Below, piece by piece: positions 61,431 to 64,000 of a stretch of 64,000 bases of DNA. A program made the translations under genes and the position numbers. The notes below the pieces were generated by a model. That model was not told the origin of the DNA and did no database searches. It saw only the letters and a list, made by a program, of their open reading frames with translations. Where the stretch lies: the NCBI GenBank assembly GCA_963693365.1, contig CAVNZM010000011.1, positions 1,364,001 through 1,428,000 of the forward strand. The letters run 5' to 3'. Origin of the DNA: Amoebidium appalachense. Lineage: Eukaryota; Protista; Ichthyosporea. Position 1 is the stretch's first letter; each line of letters opens with the position of its first letter.

Positions 61431-61440
61431 AAATAAAAAT

Positions 61441-61521
<81 letters not shown>

Positions 61522-61846
61522 CTCTGTCTCTGTCTCTGTCTCTGTCTCTGTCTGTCTCTGTCTCTCTCTCTATCTCTCTTTTTCCCCTCCCTCCCCCCCC
61601 CCCCCCCCCCCCCCCCCCCTTCCCCTCCCCCAATCTATTACCGTGCACATGGGAAAGTTGCTGAAAAGTAATCTTCGTGACTGTGTGTGCCCCCCCCCAC
61701 CTCCCCCCACCCCCCTCCTTCGCCACCACCACCATACTGCGTGTAGTCCGGGAAACGTGCCGAATGGGATTTTCGTGGTCGTGGTGGTGGTGCAGGGGGT
61801 GGGGTGGGGTCGGGTCGGGTCGGGTGAGGGTGAGGGTGGGGGTGGT

Positions 61847-61890
<44 letters not shown>

Positions 61891-62029
61891 CTGGGTCGTT
61901 GTTGGTTTCTTAAGGGCCAAAGCCAACAGCAGCACCATGCATAACTGGCCACAAAAGACTCAACGGGGACCCAGAAGCCTGTCGGTGGGGTGGTAGTGGT
62001 GATGGTGGTGGTGGGATGTGTGTGTGGGT

Positions 62030-62062
<33 letters not shown>

Positions 62063-62085
62063 GGGGGGGGGGGGAGGGCGCTCAC

Positions 62086-62405
62086 CTTTGCATGGACCAT
62101 AACCCAGGTTTGTCCGGTTGCCGGCACACTCTCCGGGGGCACAGCTGGTGGCCTGGCCTGTCACGGGGTCACACAGACTGTCCACACTCGTGCAGTATGG
62201 GGCAACCGCATTGCATTCTGGGGGATGGTTTAATGTTAAAGTTTTAAAAAACTAACTACAACAATTGCAAAAGTGTGAAACTGTGGCAGTTTCATTGGAC
62301 CAGGATGGCATTCGGTAAGATACAACGTGTGCATATGGAATGAGGAACATGATGTGAAGTTCTAACATAATAACATAGGAAGGGAGTATGTGAGTGTGTG
62401 TGTGT

Positions 62406-62446
<41 letters not shown>

Positions 62447-63672
62447 CGGGATGAGAGGAGGGGTAGATAGATAGATAAATAGAGAGAGGGGGGAGGAGGG
62501 GGGAGGGGGGTGAGGGAGGGAGGGAGGGAGGGAGGGAGGGAAGGAGGGAGGGAGAGGGAATGAGAAAGGGAGAGAGGGAGTGGGAGGGAGAGAAAGTGAA
62601 GGGGGGGGGGGGGGGGGGGGGGGGGTGCGCAGAGTAGGGCCTCAGTGAAGGGGTAAGGCGGGAACTGCGTCGTGGCGATGGTTGAAGGCGGTTGGGAGTG
62701 GTGTGCATGTGCATGTGTGTGTGTGTGTGTGGGGGGGGGGGGGTTCTACGTTCGCAGTTTCTGCCGCCATCCCCAAAGTATCCGTCATCACACTGGCAGG
62801 CTGTGGCACCGTTCCCCCCAACTATACAGTGGGCATTGGCCTGGCAGCTGATGCGCTTAGAAAGACACTCGTCCAACACTGCACCACACAGTGTGTCAGT
62901 GGGTTGTTTGGTATATGTGTGCATGCATGAGTGTGGTGGTGTATCCTTTTCTTGTTGATGTTTGTGTAAACAATGCCATCGATAGTCTACCAATAGTGAT
63001 TGTTAGTAGTTGTTGGGGATATGGTTGTGGGTTCCGGGGGGGGGGGGGGGGGGGGGGGTTGAAACGGGGCGGGGCCGGGCGGGGGCAAGAGGGTAGGGTG
63101 GGGAAAGGGTGGACGGGGGCAAGGGGACGAGGGCAAGAGGGGGGGGGGGGGGGGAGGGGGGGGGGAGATAAGGCAGACAGTAACACAGATGTGTGTGCGG
63201 AAAGAAGCAAGTGCTGGCCAAAAACGTACCCGTGCAGTCCTTCCCGGTCCCATGGTAGCCGCTGTTACACGTGCAATTGAACCCCCCCTCGAAATTCGTG
63301 CAGCGCGCTTTTTGGTGGCAGCCGTGGGTGCCCGATCTACACTCATTGATATCTGAAAAAAGGGGGGGGGGGGGGGGGGGGGGGGGAGGGGGGGGTATAG
63401 CCGTTAGTTGCTGAATCGGTATTCTCTACCTAGTGTGTAGTCAGTGTTGGGGCGCCGCGAAGTGGGGGGGGGGAGGGGGGGAAGGGGGGGAGGGGGGGTA
63501 GGAGGGGGAGGGTTGTGTGTCTGTGGGGGGGAGGGTTATGTACTTAGTCAGTCCGGCTTTGTGGCTTCTGAGCAACAACTTCGAATGACATGCAAAGAAA
63601 CATAACAGTGGTTGGTTCTTTGCGAGATGCATCAAAACTATAGGGTTGGATGTGCATGTGTGTGTGTCCTCT

Positions 63673-63705
<33 letters not shown>

Positions 63706-63853
63706 TGGGGATAGCAGGTATAGAGGCGCATACCAACACAGGCTGAGTTTTGCAACTCGTATCCAGCCACACACTTACACCTGAATCCTTCTGGTGTGTT
63801 CTGGCATGTACCGTGTGTGCCACATGTGTGTGTGCCCGACTGGCATGGGTCAC
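62086..63853 (-). CDS. Tandem EGF / calcium-binding EGF-like domain protein (partial; starts beyond the window, 3' end unresolved)
   Basis: Exons 63853-63734 (DPCQSGTHTCGTHGTCQNTPEGFRCKCVAGYELQNSAC), 63352-63230 (DINECRSGTHGCHQKARCTNFEGGFNCTCNSGYHGTGKDC), 62878-62750 (LDECLSKRISCQANAHC..CQCDDGYFGDGGRNC) and 62217-62086 (Cys-rich). Confidence 0.88.
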
Positions 63854-64000
63854 CTGCAGGGGTGGTTAGGTCACTTGGTTGTACTTTTCTCGATTGATGG
63901 TGTTAACTGCCTCCGCGCCCCCCCCCCCCCCCCCCCCCTAAACCCCAAATTAAAAAGTACACGAAAACCAAAGTCTTGCCCGTCTTCTTCTTCTTGGGCA

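Noticed and set aside
60050-61980. Possible further exons of the EGF gene or a decayed transposon ORF
   Set aside because: Several frames are plausible and interrupted by stops, so it cannot be assigned without transcripts.

Overview
This is eukaryotic, intron-rich DNA. The gene set suggests an opisthokont, possibly a unicellular holozoan (inference). Introns are packed with poly-G/poly-C tracts and (CA)n/(GA)n microsatellites, so most ORFs in the supplied track are spurious. Splicing exons by hand gives six multi-exon genes: a DDHD2/SEC23IP-like phospholipase homologue lacking the catalytic Ser (+, 5'-partial, with tRNA-Ser(AGA) in an intron), a ubiquitin-like + IPT/TIG protein (-), a G3BP-like NTF2-RRM-RGG protein (-), an ankyrin + GATA zinc-finger protein (-), a DNAJB12/14-like co-chaperone (+), and a partial tandem-EGF protein (-). 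There are also two intronless ORFs: a small zinc-finger ORF (+) and a signal-peptide 2OG-Fe(II) oxygenase with a 1-nt frameshift (-). Mobile DNA comprises four decayed fragments of one non-LTR retrotransposon family and a 2.2-kb element with 32-bp terminal inverted repeats. The most notable feature is a dispersed non-coding family whose copies are mostly 5'-truncated and end in poly(C) rather than poly(A). Its two longest copies share a 5' end and a ~190-nt RNA fold with compensatory changes and a pseudoknot. This candidate poly(C)-tailed or poly-G-targeting retroposon may explain many of the window's G/C homopolymers. All calls are by eye; no searches or folding programs were run.
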